From Eledone cirrhosa (lineage: Eukaryota): a stretch of 64,000 bases of DNA. Below the pieces are notes generated by a model. It was not told the DNA's origin and made no database searches. It worked only from the letters and a program-made list of their open reading frames with translations. Position numbers and translations under genes: made by a program. Below are positions 26,800 through 39,559 of this stretch, one piece after another; the first letter of the stretch is position 1; every line of letters begins with the position of its first letter. The stretch lies in assembly GCA_964016885.1 (NCBI GenBank), contig OZ024743.1:199144001-199208000 (forward strand). The letters are read 5' to 3'.

Positions 26800-27381
26800 A
26801 TTTGCACATACATTCAAATATGTTCACATGCATATTCACACATATGCACATATTCATAAACATATGGCATTCACACACACGAGGATAGGGATGCACACAC
26901 ACACACACACATACACATGAAGGTAGAGATGCACACACACGCACACATGCAGACACACACACACATACACATACACATGAAGGTAGAGATGCACACACAC
27001 ACAGACACACACACACACCACACACATACACATGAAGGTAGAGATGCACACACACTCACACCACACGCACACATGAAGGTAGAGATGCACACGCACTCAC
27101 ACACACACATAGACACACACACACACACGCACATACACAACACACACACACCACACACATACACATGAGGATAGAGGTGCACACACACACGCACACAGCA
27201 GACACACACATGAGGATTGAGTTGCACACACATGCACAGACAAACAAACACACGCATACACACACATGAGGATAGAGGTGCACACACAGACACACACACA
27301 CACAAGGATTGAGTTGCACACACACGCACAGACACAGACAAACACACACACATACACACACATGTGGATACAGGTGCACAA

Positions 27382-27412
<31 letters not shown>

Positions 27413-28620
27413 AAGTATATCCTGGTTCCTTCTATTCATTCATTGGTAGTGTAAGAACACTAACACTGCCAACAACAACAACAACATCTACACCAACACC
27501 AGCACCAGTAACATAAACACCACCACCACCACCACCACCACACACCACTACTATGCTACCACAACAACAACATAAACACCAACACCACCACCACCACCAC
27601 CACCACCACACACCACTACTATGCTACCACAACAACAACATAAACAGCAGCAGCACCACCACCACCACCACCACCACCACACACCACTACTATGCTACCA
27701 CAACAACAACAAAAACAACAACACCACCACACACCACTACTATACTACCACAACAGCAACAAAAACAACACCACCACAACCACCACTAGCACCACACCCC
27801 ACCTATATGCTACCACAACAGCAACAAAAACAACAGCACCACCACCACCAACACCACCACCACCACCACCACCACACACCACTACAATGCTACCACCACC
27901 TTGACCACAACAACACCACCACCACCACCACCACACACCACTACAATGCTACCACCACCTTGACCACAACAACACCACCACCACCACCACCACACACCAC
28001 TACAATGCTACCACCACCTTGACCACAACAACAACAACACCACCACCACCACCACCACCATCACATACCACTAATATGCTACCACCACCTTGACCACAAC
28101 AACAACATCAGCAAGCAAGACCACCACCACCACCACATACCACTACAATGCTACAACCACCTTGACGACAACAGCAACACCAACATCAGCATCACAACCA
28201 GCACCAACAAAAACAACAACACCACCACTATGACCACAACAGCAACAACATCAGCACCAGCAACACCAGCAACACTCACCAACCTCGCCTCCATCCCTCG
28301 CCCCTTCACTTCCTCCATCATTATCACACCACCAGCAATAAAAACATCTCCACAGCCACCACCACCACCACCACCACCACCACCACCACCACCACTACCA
28401 CTACCACTACCAATAACAACAACAACACACCTACAAGCACCATCAATATCACCAACACCAACAAAACCACCAAAGCCACCACCGCTCACCACTATTATTC
28501 CACTACCATTACCACAACCATCATCACCAACATCACCAATAACAACCAAACCCCTGTCAACACAACCTCCACCACCACCTGCACCACCACAACAACAATA
28601 ACAACATCACCACTATACAA
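26800..28620. repeat. CA-based and CAC/CAA-based minisatellites
   Basis: Units acatgaaggtagagatgcacac (26.9-27.4 kb) and cacaccactac(t/a)atgctaccac (27.5-28.2 kb). Confidence 0.9.
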
Positions 28621-28853
28621 ACTATACAATATAAGTTCTCCAAAATTAATATATTGAATTAATAAATGCTGATGCCCAAAATTCCAACAATAAACAACAA
28701 CAATAATGGCAACAACACCAACAATAACAGCAACAGCAACAATAACAACAACAACAATGAATGCAAATATAGCATACACATATAGACATGTATACGCACA
28801 TTCATGCATATGCACACTATACACACGTATGCATACATACATAAATGGTGTGT

Positions 28854-28970
<117 letters not shown>

Positions 28971-29129
28971 ATATACTTATGCACACATACAGTCACACCT
29001 ACACAAACACAAGCAAATGGCTCTTTTGTTGAGCTCTGAAAATTATCAAGATGAACAAGCTATATAATATATAAATATAATATAATGTAATATAATATAA
29101 TATAATATATAATATATATAATATAATAT

Positions 29130-29420
29130 GAAGGTTAGAAAGAAATGAAGCTAGGATACTCTGCTGGATATGTAATGTTACTATGCATGAGCATTGAAAA
29201 AAAAACTGGGCATAATAGGAATCAGATGTAGTATGCAACTGAGACGATCATGCTGGTATCGACATATGGTGTGTATGGATGACTGTTGGGTGAAAACTGC
29301 CAGAAGCTCAAATAAGAAGGAAAGTGCAGAAGAAGAAAACCATGGATAATCTAAGCAGAAGTGATGACATCAGGTGCTGAACATGATAGAGATGAGAAAA
29401 ACTGTGCTGGAGAAAACTCT
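29130..29420 (+). mobile_element. Decayed RTE-clade LINE remnant
   Basis: Manual translation gives RNEARILCWICNV...LGIIGIRCSMQLRR.CWY.HM, with indels. Confidence 0.55.
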
Positions 29421-29719
29421 TCCAATCAAAGAAGCATAGCAAATGTTGACATAAAAGTGATGATAATGATAAAAGGCACCCAGTATACTCTGTAAAGTTG
29501 TTGGTGTTAGGAAGAGTATCCAGTTGTAGAAACAATGCCAGTTATCTCACCAAGTCTTGTCTGGGACCACGCCAAGCAGTTCAACCAATGTCAGCATGGA
29601 CTATGAACATAAAATGATGTTGAAGATGATGATAATGATGGTGATGATAATAATTATGATGATACATATAATATAGTGTAATATAATATAACAAACCATA
29701 TGTATACAGTTTAGGCTAA

Positions 29720-29892
29720 GGCTGATACAGCTTGGCGCCAGTGACGTTGCAACTCATTTCTACAGCTGAGTAAACTGGAGCAATGTGAAATAAAGTGTTT
29801 TTCTCAAGAATACAACTCAAAACCTGGTCCAAGAATCAAACTCACAACCTCACAATTGTAAACCCGATACCCTAACCACTAAGCCATGCACT
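29720..29892 (-). mobile_element. tRNA-derived SINE 5' part (head shared with the 341-bp trimer unit)
   Basis: Minus strand: catggcttagtggttag...tttcacattgctccagtttactcagctgtagaaatgag. Confidence 0.75.
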
Positions 29893-30532
29893 GTCATTAT
29901 AGTGTATAATATAGTATATAATATAATATTATATTATGTAATATAAATATAATGCAATATAATACAGTATATAATATAAATATAATATAACATATAATAT
30001 CAATATAATATAATATCAATATAATATAATATAATATAGTAAAATAAATGGTATAACATCAAACACATAACAACAAGAACAGTGCCAACACCTCCATAAA
30101 CAACAACACACCCTCCCTAATGAACAATTAATAAAACCAATGTTAAATTACTTTCCATAATCTTTTTTTAATCTCATTCTTAAGTTGTAGTTTTTTTATT
30201 TTGTCCTTCCCTTTTTCTCTTCCTTATCTTCATTCATCACTTTCTCTAATTTTGTTTTCTTCTTTGGCCATCCTTTTCTTTGGTCTGGGTAAAAATTAAG
30301 AATCAAATTAATATTTTTGAAAGAAAATAAAAAAAATAAAAATATGAAGTTATAAGCATGCGTAAAAATTCTTTTGTAATGTTTTCCTCTGTGCCGTTTC
30401 CATAGAAGAGTTAAAATAAGCGAAAACTAGAATGGGGATGGCCAAAAATTAAGATAATTTCTACAGATCACACTCTAACCCATATCATTTTCACATGCTT
30501 TATTTTATTGATTTTGTTATTTAAGTTATCAT

Positions 30533-30745
30533 GGTTGGCAGAATCATTAGAACATTGGACAAAATGCCTTACAATATTTATTCTGGCTCTTTCTTTATGT
30601 ATGAAGTTCAAATACTTCCAAGGTCAATTTTTCCTTTCAGGCTTCTGGGGTTGGGGGCGATAAAATATGATATCAGTTAAGTACTGGAGTAGATATAATC
30701 GACTTTCAAAATTACTGCCCACATTTCAATGCTAGAAAGAATTAT
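30533..30745 (+). mobile_element. Diverged tRNA-SINE
   Basis: tggcagaatcattag...gttcaaatac...tttcctttc...gataaaata, a decayed version of the SINE core. Confidence 0.55.
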
Positions 30746-30753
30746 CATTGTTG

Positions 30754-30828
<75 letters not shown>

Positions 30829-30829
<1 letters not shown>

Positions 30830-31138
30830 TTTGAGTCTCAGTCATTGATGTTAGTTAACTGGAAAGTTTGTTGAAATGAATATCAAGCCACTACCTGCAG
30901 CGTCAGATATTCAGGACGTATCGGAGGGTTCTTGCTGTTCCCGGCAAGCATGCCTTTTGAAGCGTTCCAAAAAGCGTGAAGGGGCCAATTTTCTTTAACC
31001 ATCCCTGGAAACTTTTTGAGATAGTACCTAGTGCGCCTGTGATAATCAGGACCACTTTGACTTCATGGCAGTTCCAAATCCTTTTTACCTCCCACTTTAA
31101 GTCCTGGTATCGGTTAATTTTCTCCCTCTCCTTCTCTT
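30829..31138 (-). mobile_element. Second, shorter 3' fragment of the same R4/Dong element
   Basis: Near copy of 31188-31497 with scattered substitutions, bounded by (ATT)n on both sides. Confidence 0.88.
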
Positions 31139-31187
31139 TCTCTTCCTCTTTATTATTATTATTATTATTATTATTGTTATTGTTATT

Positions 31188-32050
31188 CCTTGAATCTCAG
31201 TCATTGATGTTGGTTAACTGGAAAGTCCGTTGGATTGAATATCAAGCCACTACCTGCAGCCTCAGATATTCAGGACGTATCGGAGGGTTCTTGCTGTTCC
31301 AAGCAAGCATGCCTTTTGAAGCGTTCCAAAAAGCGTGAAGGAGCCGATTTTCTTTAACCATCCCTGGAAACCTTTGGAGATAGTCCCCAGTGCGCCTATG
31401 ACAATCGGGATCACTTTGACTTCATGGCAGTTCCAAATCCTTTTCACCTCCCACTTTAGGTCCTGGTATCGGTTAATTTTCTCCCTCTCCTTCTCTTGCA
31501 CTCTCGTGTCGAACGGGCAGGCCACATCCACAATCAGGCACGATCTTTTTTCTTTGTCCACAACCACCAGGTCAGGTCTATTGTGTTCCAGTTTTTTGTC
31601 CGTCTGTATCCTAAAATCCCACAGCACCTTCACCTGACTGTTCTCCATCACCGCCTCTGGCCTATGCTCATACCATTTCTCAGAATGTGGTAGATTGTTT
31701 ACTTTGCACAGGTGCCAGTGGATCACCCTGCCCATCACATCGTGTCTCCAGCCCTTATAGTGGGTCTGGGCTAGGTGTTTACACTCGGACACAATGTGAG
31801 CCACAGTCTCCTCTCTCTCTCCACAGATCCTGCACAGTGGGCTAGCCTCCTCCTTGTAGATATGGTGCTTCAACCACTTCGTTTTGAGGGCCTGCTCCTG
31901 CGCAGCCATTAGCATTCCTTCTGTAGCCTTTTTGAGGTCTCCTCTTCTCAACCAGTTCCATGTCTGTGGATCTCTAAATTCAGTTTTCTCAAAGAAGGTA
32001 CTATGAAGGGATTTTCCCTTAAGGCTGCTCTTCCTCCTTGATGTTATTTC
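31188..32050 (-). mobile_element. 5'-truncated R4/Dong-clade non-LTR retrotransposon (CCHC knuckle + restriction-like endonuclease) in (ATT)n
   Basis: ORF 31262-31951: AAQEQAL, CRIC..ETVAHIVSEC, RHD, LWDF.IQTD...NRPDLV..D, DVACP, EKINRY, PIVIGALG. Flanked by (ATT)n on both sides; Dong elements are known to target TAA repeats. Confidence 0.88.
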
Positions 32051-32068
32051 TTCTTCTTCTTCTTCTTC

Positions 32069-32105
<37 letters not shown>

Positions 32106-32310
32106 GGGCGCTGGATTGGCAGTACCGGTAGAGGGTCGGACGCCATGCTTTGACGCGTAGAGTTACGGCCCTTGCCATTCTAAGTTCAAATCCCGCCGAG
32201 GTTAACTTTGCCTTTCATCCTTACGGGGTCGATAAAATAAAGTACCAGTAATACACTGGGTAATTGCTGGCCTTGTGCCTAAAGTAGAAACAATTATTAT
32301 TATTATTATT
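32106..32310 (+). mobile_element. SINE, same family, full length with (ATT)n tail
   Basis: gggcgctggattggcag head through aaacaattattatt tail. Confidence 0.88.
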
Positions 32311-33079
32311 ACCATATCAAAACCACCTCTGGTTCTATGAAATAAAATCATCCATTTTAAAGGTTTCCAATTTAAATTTAAATCTTCCAACATAGTTTTA
32401 TATAAGAACCTTACATTAAGTTACTATCTTAGTAATGAAAAATTAATAACTTTAGTAAATCCCTCAAACTTCTTCATTAATTAATTAAAATAGACTTATT
32501 ACATTAGAAATATGGTCATGACAAGATTAAGTCGTCAAATCACTTGATTTCATCTCATATCACCAGATCTCAAGATGACAATGCCCTGTGGAGTATATGA
32601 AGTGTTCCTATGGGGGTTTTATTTCATCATCATCATCATCATCGTTTAATGTTTATCTTCCACGCTAGCATGAGTTAGACGGGAATTGTCCCACTTGAGG
32701 CAAGATTGATCGGATGACCGTGTCTCGCGCGTATAGAACTGTTTCTGGCAGGCTTTCTACGGCTGGAATCCCTACCTAATGCCTACCACATTTACAGTGT
32801 GTACTGGGAGCCTTTTTTACCGTGTCTCTTACATGACCACTTTACAACGTGGGCTTGGTGCTTTTTTGTCATGACACTTACACGACTTCTTTAGTTTGAA
32901 CTGGATGTTCTGTGGTACCAACATAACTTTACAGAGATAGGGTGGTGTTGGTGGGAGTGGGAGGATGTAGTAGGGATAGTGGGTTGAGGTGTATATTTGG
33001 TTAAGAGGTGCCTACTGACTGTAGGTTTAACTTTGTACGTAAGGGAAGGCGGGTCTTCTGTATTACTGCGTAGCGCCAA

Positions 33080-33245
33080 AGGTCTCAATCCAATGACATT
33101 GTCTTAGAGAGGTGTAAGTGTGCAAGGTCAGATTTTATCATGTCGTGCCAGATTTTTCTGGGTATATCTACCCCGTAACTTCCATCAATTTTGATCGCCC
33201 TGCACTTTTTTATACAGCTGTCATCTTTCATGCACATCACATTAC
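33080..33245 (-). mobile_element. Decayed RTE-clade LINE remnant
   Basis: Minus-strand translation: VMCMKDDSCIKKCRAIKIDG...PRKIWHDMIKSDL. Confidence 0.55.
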
Positions 33246-33863
33246 CATTTGATTTATTAATTAATTTATTTATTGCTATTGTAAGGTGATGTTAATGCCT
33301 TTTATTCCCTTTTTGACTAACTCATCTCCTTTGATCACTATTGGTATAGCATTTAGATTACTCTAAATTTACTATTTTATTTTCAGGATAAACACTTCAT
33401 TTCACATAATAATGAATCTTTGAGATTTTGATGTTATTTATTTCAAGAACAATACCTTAACATAAGTATGATCAGCTAGTTATGGCTGGTTTGAACGGAA
33501 AGAGGTGGGTGAATTCTGGTCAGATATGGCTGGTTTAAATGCTAAAGTGTTAAGGCAGTTATATCCCTCATTCTGGAGATATTTATCTCAAAGTATTCTA
33601 TATCTGACACGTTTTCTACAAAATGATCTGAGGTGTTGTTGTCAGCTGATATTGTCATATCAATCAACATACAGGTCTTATCATTGGCCTGATGTTTGGC
33701 AATTGCTTTGATTTCTCTATCTGTACGTACTGGTATATCCCATATGATGTTAACTTTATTCTATGCAACAGTTTCAGGTTTGTGTTAATACCATTTTTCA
33801 CATATTTTCATGTCATATTCACTGCAGTTTTCCAGTGTAGGTATGTTGTCGTGTGGTATAGAA

Positions 33864-34167
33864 CAGTGCTACTCAAAGTGGTGGTCCGCGGACCGGTGCC
33901 GGTACGCGAGCCATCAGCTACCGGTACAGTGTCCAGGCCATGCTAAGGAATCATTTGAGGAATTTCTTTTATTACTTTTTTATATGTTTTGATATTGTAT
34001 TATTTGTTTACAAAATAAATAGAAGATAAAGAAATGGTTAACTATTATTATATTCATTATATATATCGTTTCCGGTATAAATTAATATTACTACGAAATA
34101 TTAGCGGTAAGTGGCACATTGAAAAAAAAATACCGGTCTGCCACATCCGATAGTTTGAAAAGCACTG
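33864..34167. mobile_element. hAT (Charlie/Buster-like) MITE, 304 bp
   Basis: TIRs CAGTGCTACTCAAA / CAGTGCTTTTCAAA. Exact 8-bp TSD GTATAGAA (33856-33863 and 34168-34175) with central TA. Confidence 0.9.
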
Positions 34168-35165
34168 GTATAGAATATATTTGATTTCTTTTTTAATGCT
34201 GGGCAACCAGAAGAATGTGGTTAGTTTTTTATATATATATTTCTTTTTCAATGTTTCCACATAACGTACATATTTGTAAATGGCAATATTACTATTGTTA
34301 CCTATAGAGAAATCACCACCACCCTCATCATAATCATCATCTTGAACATCATCATCATCATTATCATCATCATTAATATTGAAGCAAACATGTCACTGTC
34401 AGATCTCTTGTGAAAAATAAATGTTTACCTGTATTTCATTTTACTAGCAACTGGCTCAGGAATATTTCAATGCCCAGGGATAGGGAAGAATATTTGTGTT
34501 TAACAATTGTATTGTGAATACATATTTTTGTAAATATTCATTTTTCATTGTTTATTAGTGGCTGTTGCAGTGAATTCTATTCCAACTTTTCTCCAGATTG
34601 ATGCAGTTTAAAACCCACCATTAAAAATGACAATTAAACAAACAAACACAATTTTCAACACCTGAATTTTCAACACCTGAAGATATACAAAAGAAATTAA
34701 TGTTGAAATTTCTGCCACCACTACCAACAACAACAATAACTCATGCAAATCAAGTGTTGCAAACGAAAAGAGAAATACTCAATATTGGCCAACTTCAAGC
34801 CAAGGAAAATGTATGGAAAAGCAGTGTCACAAATAAGAGTGCTTCCTTGCTTGAGAAATTTACACAAAAAGGCAAGAAAGGGAGTGGAACGCGTTTAATG
34901 TAAGGGTTTCCATACGACCTTGGGAGAAATGTAGGAGAGAGACCTGACAAATGTATGTCATGATGTATGCTTTGTTGAGAGAACACAACATATAGAAGGG
35001 TATGTGTATTATTTAAAACTGCATATCTCTTTCTCTGTGTGTTTAAACACACACACACATACACATATACATATATATATATATATATATGAATCAGGAT
35101 GGATTCAGTTGGAAACTGGTAAGACCATCACTCAGTAGAGTACTCAATACTTGGAGTAGTAGTAG

Positions 35166-35335
35166 GGCGGTGGATTGGCAGTAGCAGTAGAGGGTCGGAC
35201 GCCATGCTTTGACGCATAGAGTTATGGCCCTTTCCATTGTGAGCTCAAATTGCGCCAAGGTTAACTTTGCCTTTCATCCTTACGGGTCCGATAAAATAAA
35301 GTACCAGTAATTGCTGGCCTTGTGCCAAAAGTAAA
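35166..35335 (+). mobile_element. SINE, same family, inserted in a fold-back element
   Basis: Homologous to the other copies; preceded by tactcaatacttggagtagtagtag. Confidence 0.85.
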
Positions 35336-35457
35336 ATGTGCCAAAAGTAAAATCAATTATATAAAGTCAGGACCACGACAACTGAGGTCTAGCTGTTGAA
35401 ACAACAAGAGCTTAGACATTGGGGTCCTGACATTTTATAATGCATCTCTCTCTCTCT

Positions 35458-35495
<38 letters not shown>

Positions 35496-35641
35496 TTAAG
35501 GATGCTATTTATGGTTATGTATATAATAAAACCTTTTATAGTTATATATATTTTAAACTCTAAATAGTGAAAGACAGTAATTCATTACTATCCTATTACC
35601 AGTGAGATAAATAGCTCAATAACATTAAAATAACAGATTAA

Positions 35642-35692
35642 AGTTTAAGCAAAAAATCGCTGCTTTCACCCTTAACGGGATCTTCTGAAACT
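35642..35692 (-). ncRNA. Hammerhead ribozyme with one core substitution (U4>A), downstream of the Penelope-like endonuclease
   Basis: Minus strand: AGTTT-CAGAAGA-T-CCC-gttaa-GGG-T-GAAA-GCA-gcgattttt-TGC-TT-AAACT. All three helices pair, and it lies ~940 bp 3' of the GIY-YIG ORF on the same strand. Confidence 0.7.
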
Positions 35693-36631
35693 AACAAAGT
35701 CAATCTGTAAACGCAGAGGTGGATATTTCAAAAAACGTTGCAACCGGAGGAAGATAGGAAGACGATACTTTGGTTCGTGGAAACGTTCCCTGGCAAAGAA
35801 CGGGAAAAAACGAATATAATACGTCATTAATAGGAGCGGTGAAAAACAATTACGCGCAAAGACAGAACCACGTTTATGGTATAAAAGAAGTTGTAGACTA
35901 ATGTTCTCTTAGGTGGTTCATAGAGACGTTCTCTGGCAATGAACGGAAAAAACGAAGATATTACGTCATATGTGGAGCGTGGAGAACAATTGCACAGAAA
36001 GACAAAACCCACGTAATTGGTATAGCTGAAGTCGTAGACTAAATTCTAACTAGGAAACCGAATGAATCGCCGCTTCAGAGTTAAGAATAAAGTAAATAAA
36101 TACAATACAGGGGTAATAGAAATTAAATAAATGCATACACACATTCAAATACGTACATACACAAGCATACGCAAAACACTTGCCATAGGTATACAAAACC
36201 ACGCACATATAAATATGTGTGTGTGTGTGTGTGCGTGTATACAAATAAATAATTAAATAAACGTATATAAATAAATAAATACGTATATAACAAGTGCACC
36301 CACATACCTACATGTAAATACACAAATGTTCGAAGACGTAAGTCAGCCAAAACATGAAGTACACATATACACACACCCTACATACGTACGAACCTGCATA
36401 CACACGCAGACGCAAAATTCCCGTATACACATAACCAAACCATATGTACCAGAAAATATAAAAAATGTATACGCCACAACATAATCAATCAAATATACGT
36501 ATGAGAAAGTATACGTACCTTCACAAAACATACAGGTAATATATACTTACCTATGCAAATAAGTAATGGTATAAACAAAACATATACTTAGCTACCACAT
36601 CAAGACGTAAAAAATCCACGTATAGATCGTA

Positions 36632-36985
36632 CTATCCGTTAGGGTATATTGTGGGGCTGTAATACAGGAAAGTTTTGTGCAATTTATGTTTACAAGCCGA
36701 AATTGCCTCAGATTTTTTGTTTAAGATGTGGTCTGTGGCGTAGAGTATTTCCAGGGCCTCAGCGGCGCAGAGGTCACATGGTCTTTTATTTCCGTTATAC
36801 GATCTAGCCCTAGCTAGGATCTCCCAGTGTAACTTAAATTGGGTGTGGTTGTCTTTTAGACTCCAGATATAAGCTGAAAGTGACGTCATATTCCTTCTAA
36901 GAGGGTAACGAAAAGAATGGGTATGCATGTAAAGACGCTGCTTGAATCTATTGGCGGTTAACCCTATGTAGGCCTTTTCAAATTC
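36632..36985 (-). pseudogene. GIY-YIG endonuclease fragment (Penelope-like retroelement)
   Basis: YIG motif, conserved R/H/E/N residues and CxxC are present. The N-terminal GIY and the RT are missing; the ORF start lies in the adjacent SINE tail. Confidence 0.85.
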
Positions 36986-37035
36986 ATGCACTGGGTAATT
37001 GCTGGCCTTGTGCCTAATGTAGAAACAATTATTAT

Positions 37036-37066
<31 letters not shown>

Positions 37067-37374
37067 TTAAAAATGACATGTAGTATCTATTTCATACTAT
37101 TAACCTTAATTGAATATATATCTGAGCAACAATTCTTTTTGTGAAAATCAGTCATATGGAACTATTGTTATCTTGCCTGACGGTTTGAACTTTACAACAC
37201 CACCTGCCTCTTTGAGGTCAAATACCAACCATACTACCATCTACAATCTGACCAATGAGAATTAAGACTATTCCTGCTGACAACATTAAATTATTCCTAA
37301 CAAGCTCATATGTCCCAAGGCTCTGATACCATCAACACTATAAACACAGAGCTGGCATATCTAAGAACTGACTA

Positions 37375-37430
37375 ACTGCCTGATAAGGTCATAGCCATTC
37401 AATGGCTATCATCGTAATATATATAGCAGT
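37375..37430 (+). ncRNA. Decayed hammerhead ribozyme (G8>A, A13>T)
   Basis: ACTGC-CTGATAA-GGTCATAGCCA-ttcaa-TGGCTATCATC-GTAA-TATATA-TA-GCAGT. Stems I and II are retained, two core bases are changed, and AATAAA follows immediately. Confidence 0.6.
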
Positions 37431-37470
37431 AAATAAAGGATTATGAGTTCATGCAATTGATTTATGTTTC

Positions 37471-37523
<53 letters not shown>

Positions 37524-37728
37524 TATGTATACGTACATACATATATGTATACAAACGTACAGTAGTATGTATATATATATACATACATGCACACATATAT
37601 ATATATGTACGTTATGATTCACCAAACATTCATTATAATGCTCGGTGTGTTTGTAAACAAACATCCCGAATTAAGCCGTACAGTGTCTAGCAACCATCGT
37701 TGCTCATTTGTTCAACACTGACAAAGGA

Positions 37729-37771
37729 ACGCTGTACTAGTTTCAAGCTTATTAGCTATCGTCAGGAACGT
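37729..37771 (-). ncRNA. Minimal type I hammerhead ribozyme of a second family (near intact)
   Basis: Minus strand: ACGTTC-CTGACGA-T-AGCT-aata-AGCT-T-GAAA-C-ta-G-TA-CAGCGT. Full core, same ACTAGT palindrome, GUA triplet; stem I has a C.C mismatch at the core-proximal pair. Confidence 0.8.
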
Positions 37772-37827
37772 ATACCTTCCTGCCAGACCATCACTCAGTA
37801 GAGTACTCAATACTTGGAGTAGTAGTA

Positions 37828-38020
37828 GGGCGGTGGATTGGCAGTAGCGGTAGAGGGTCGGACGCCATGCTTTGACGCATAGAGTTACGGCCCTTGCCAT
37901 TCTGAGTTCAAATCCCGCCGAGGTTAACTTTGCCTTTCATCCTTACGGGGTCGATAAAATAAAGTACCAGTAATGTACTGGGTAATTGGTGGCCTTGTGC
38001 CAATAGTAGAAACAATTATT
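37828..38020 (+). mobile_element. SINE, same family
   Basis: Homologous to the other copies; same ~45-bp upstream flank as the 35166 copy. Confidence 0.85.
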
Positions 38021-38038
38021 ATCATTGTTAAACTAATA

Positions 38039-38086
<48 letters not shown>

Positions 38087-38589
38087 ACATACCTAAGTGT
38101 GAGGATAAAGTTTCATATACGTAAGTGGTGGACTTTTCCACCACCAAAGGTTCCAAGCTAAATCACAACTGAGATTAAGGTCTGCTGTTGATAGATGATA
38201 CCATACCCATTACAACATGATTCAAAGTGGCTTAAGAAATTGTACATAGTTTCTCAATTGCTAGCAAAAGGCTTTGGCTTACTATAATCATAAAAAAGAT
38301 CAAAGGACCAAGACATGTTTGCAAGTCTTTGATGGGAGTTTAGTGTCACTCTAGATAGATATCTGCTGATTAAGCTAAAGCTGCTGGATACTCAAATATT
38401 GGGAACTATAGGAGAGTCCATTTCTATATATAACTAGAAGATTCTGTATAGTGTGAAAACAAATTCTTTGCTTAAAATTTCATCTGTACTAATAATAAAT
38501 ATTTGCTCTATGTGTTTATATGTACTTATATATATACAATTCTTATCAAGCTCTCTTCAGATTTTGGTCTTCGTATTTATTTTGAGAAC

Positions 38590-38692
38590 AATACCTTATC
38601 ATCGGTATGAGTGGCTTGTTACAGCCGGTTTGAACAGAAAGAGGTGAGTGAATTCTGGCCGGATATGGCTGGTATAAATGCTAAAGGGTTAA
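38590..38692. mobile_element. piggyBac-like MITE end (related decayed copy at ~33345-33555)
   Basis: Ends in ...AATGCTAAAGGG|TTAA (CCC-starting TIR plus TTAA). A ~90-bp homologous stretch occurs at 33465-33553. Confidence 0.5.
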
Positions 38693-39559
38693 AATACCAT
38701 AGCATTTAAAACATTGAAGCATTAACTAAATAAGCACTCAATACTTGGGGATAGAGTGTAAATTTTATTTCCTAAGTGGAAAAATAACAATCACATCGAT
38801 GTTTCAGACGGTCACTTTATAATTATACCCACTCTCTTTTTATCACTAAGCCTTTAACTTCCTTTCTCAATTATCTTCTCTCTCTTTTCAAGAAACCTCT
38901 CACTGGTATCACTCTGTCATCTTCTATTTCCTTTTCTCTAATATATATTTCTTTACATATACACCAGCACCTTCATTTGCTGCACACTTCTTTTGCATCA
39001 GCTGTATGTAAGCCAAAAAAATGCAATTATGATTTAAATGTGCACCATTATACATGGCTGGTGGCTGCAGCAATGGGTAAATGGTGTGGGAAGGGGTGTG
39101 GGTGTTGGAAGGAGTGGTGTGGGTGAATGGTGTGGGAGGAGGAGTGGTGTGGGTGTACGGTTTGTGAGGGGGAGGGCTGTGGGTGAATGGTGTGGGAGGG
39201 GGGGAATGGTTTGGGAGGAGGAGCGGTGTGGGTACATGGTGTGGGAGGGAGAGTGGTGTGGGTGAATGGTGTGGGAGGGGGAGCGGTGTGGGTGAATGGT
39301 GTGGGAGGGGGAGGGGTGTGGGTGAATGGTGTGGGAGGGAGTGGTGTGTGGAGAGTGGTGTGGGAGGGAATCGTGTGTGGGTAGTGGTGTGGAGGTAGTG
39401 GTGAGGGGGGATTATTGAGGGGTGAGTGTAGTGGGAGAATGATGTGGGGGCTGTGGTGAGTGAGAGTGGTGTGGGGGAGGTCATGGGGGAGTGGTGTGGG
39501 GAGTTGTGTTGGAGAGTGGTGTGGGGAGTTGTGTTGGAGAGTGAAGTGGGGGGAGTCAT

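Larger units (their letters stand above)
35490..36985 (-). mobile_element. 5'-truncated Penelope-like element: GIY-YIG endonuclease C-terminus plus 3' UTR/pseudo-LTR
   Basis: ORF 36632-36991(-) has YIGLTANRFKQRLYMH..SF, WEIL, CDLC..E..I and LNKKSE..S.C.H, matching the PLE GIY-YIG domain. Downstream are a ~142-bp duplication, a hammerhead and (TA)n. Confidence 0.85.

Noticed and set aside
34598-34903. Exon-like segment with a cag acceptor, 67-aa ORF and gtaagg donor
   Set aside because: There is an in-frame stop just after the acceptor, no recognisable domain and no partner exons, so it cannot be supported without transcripts.
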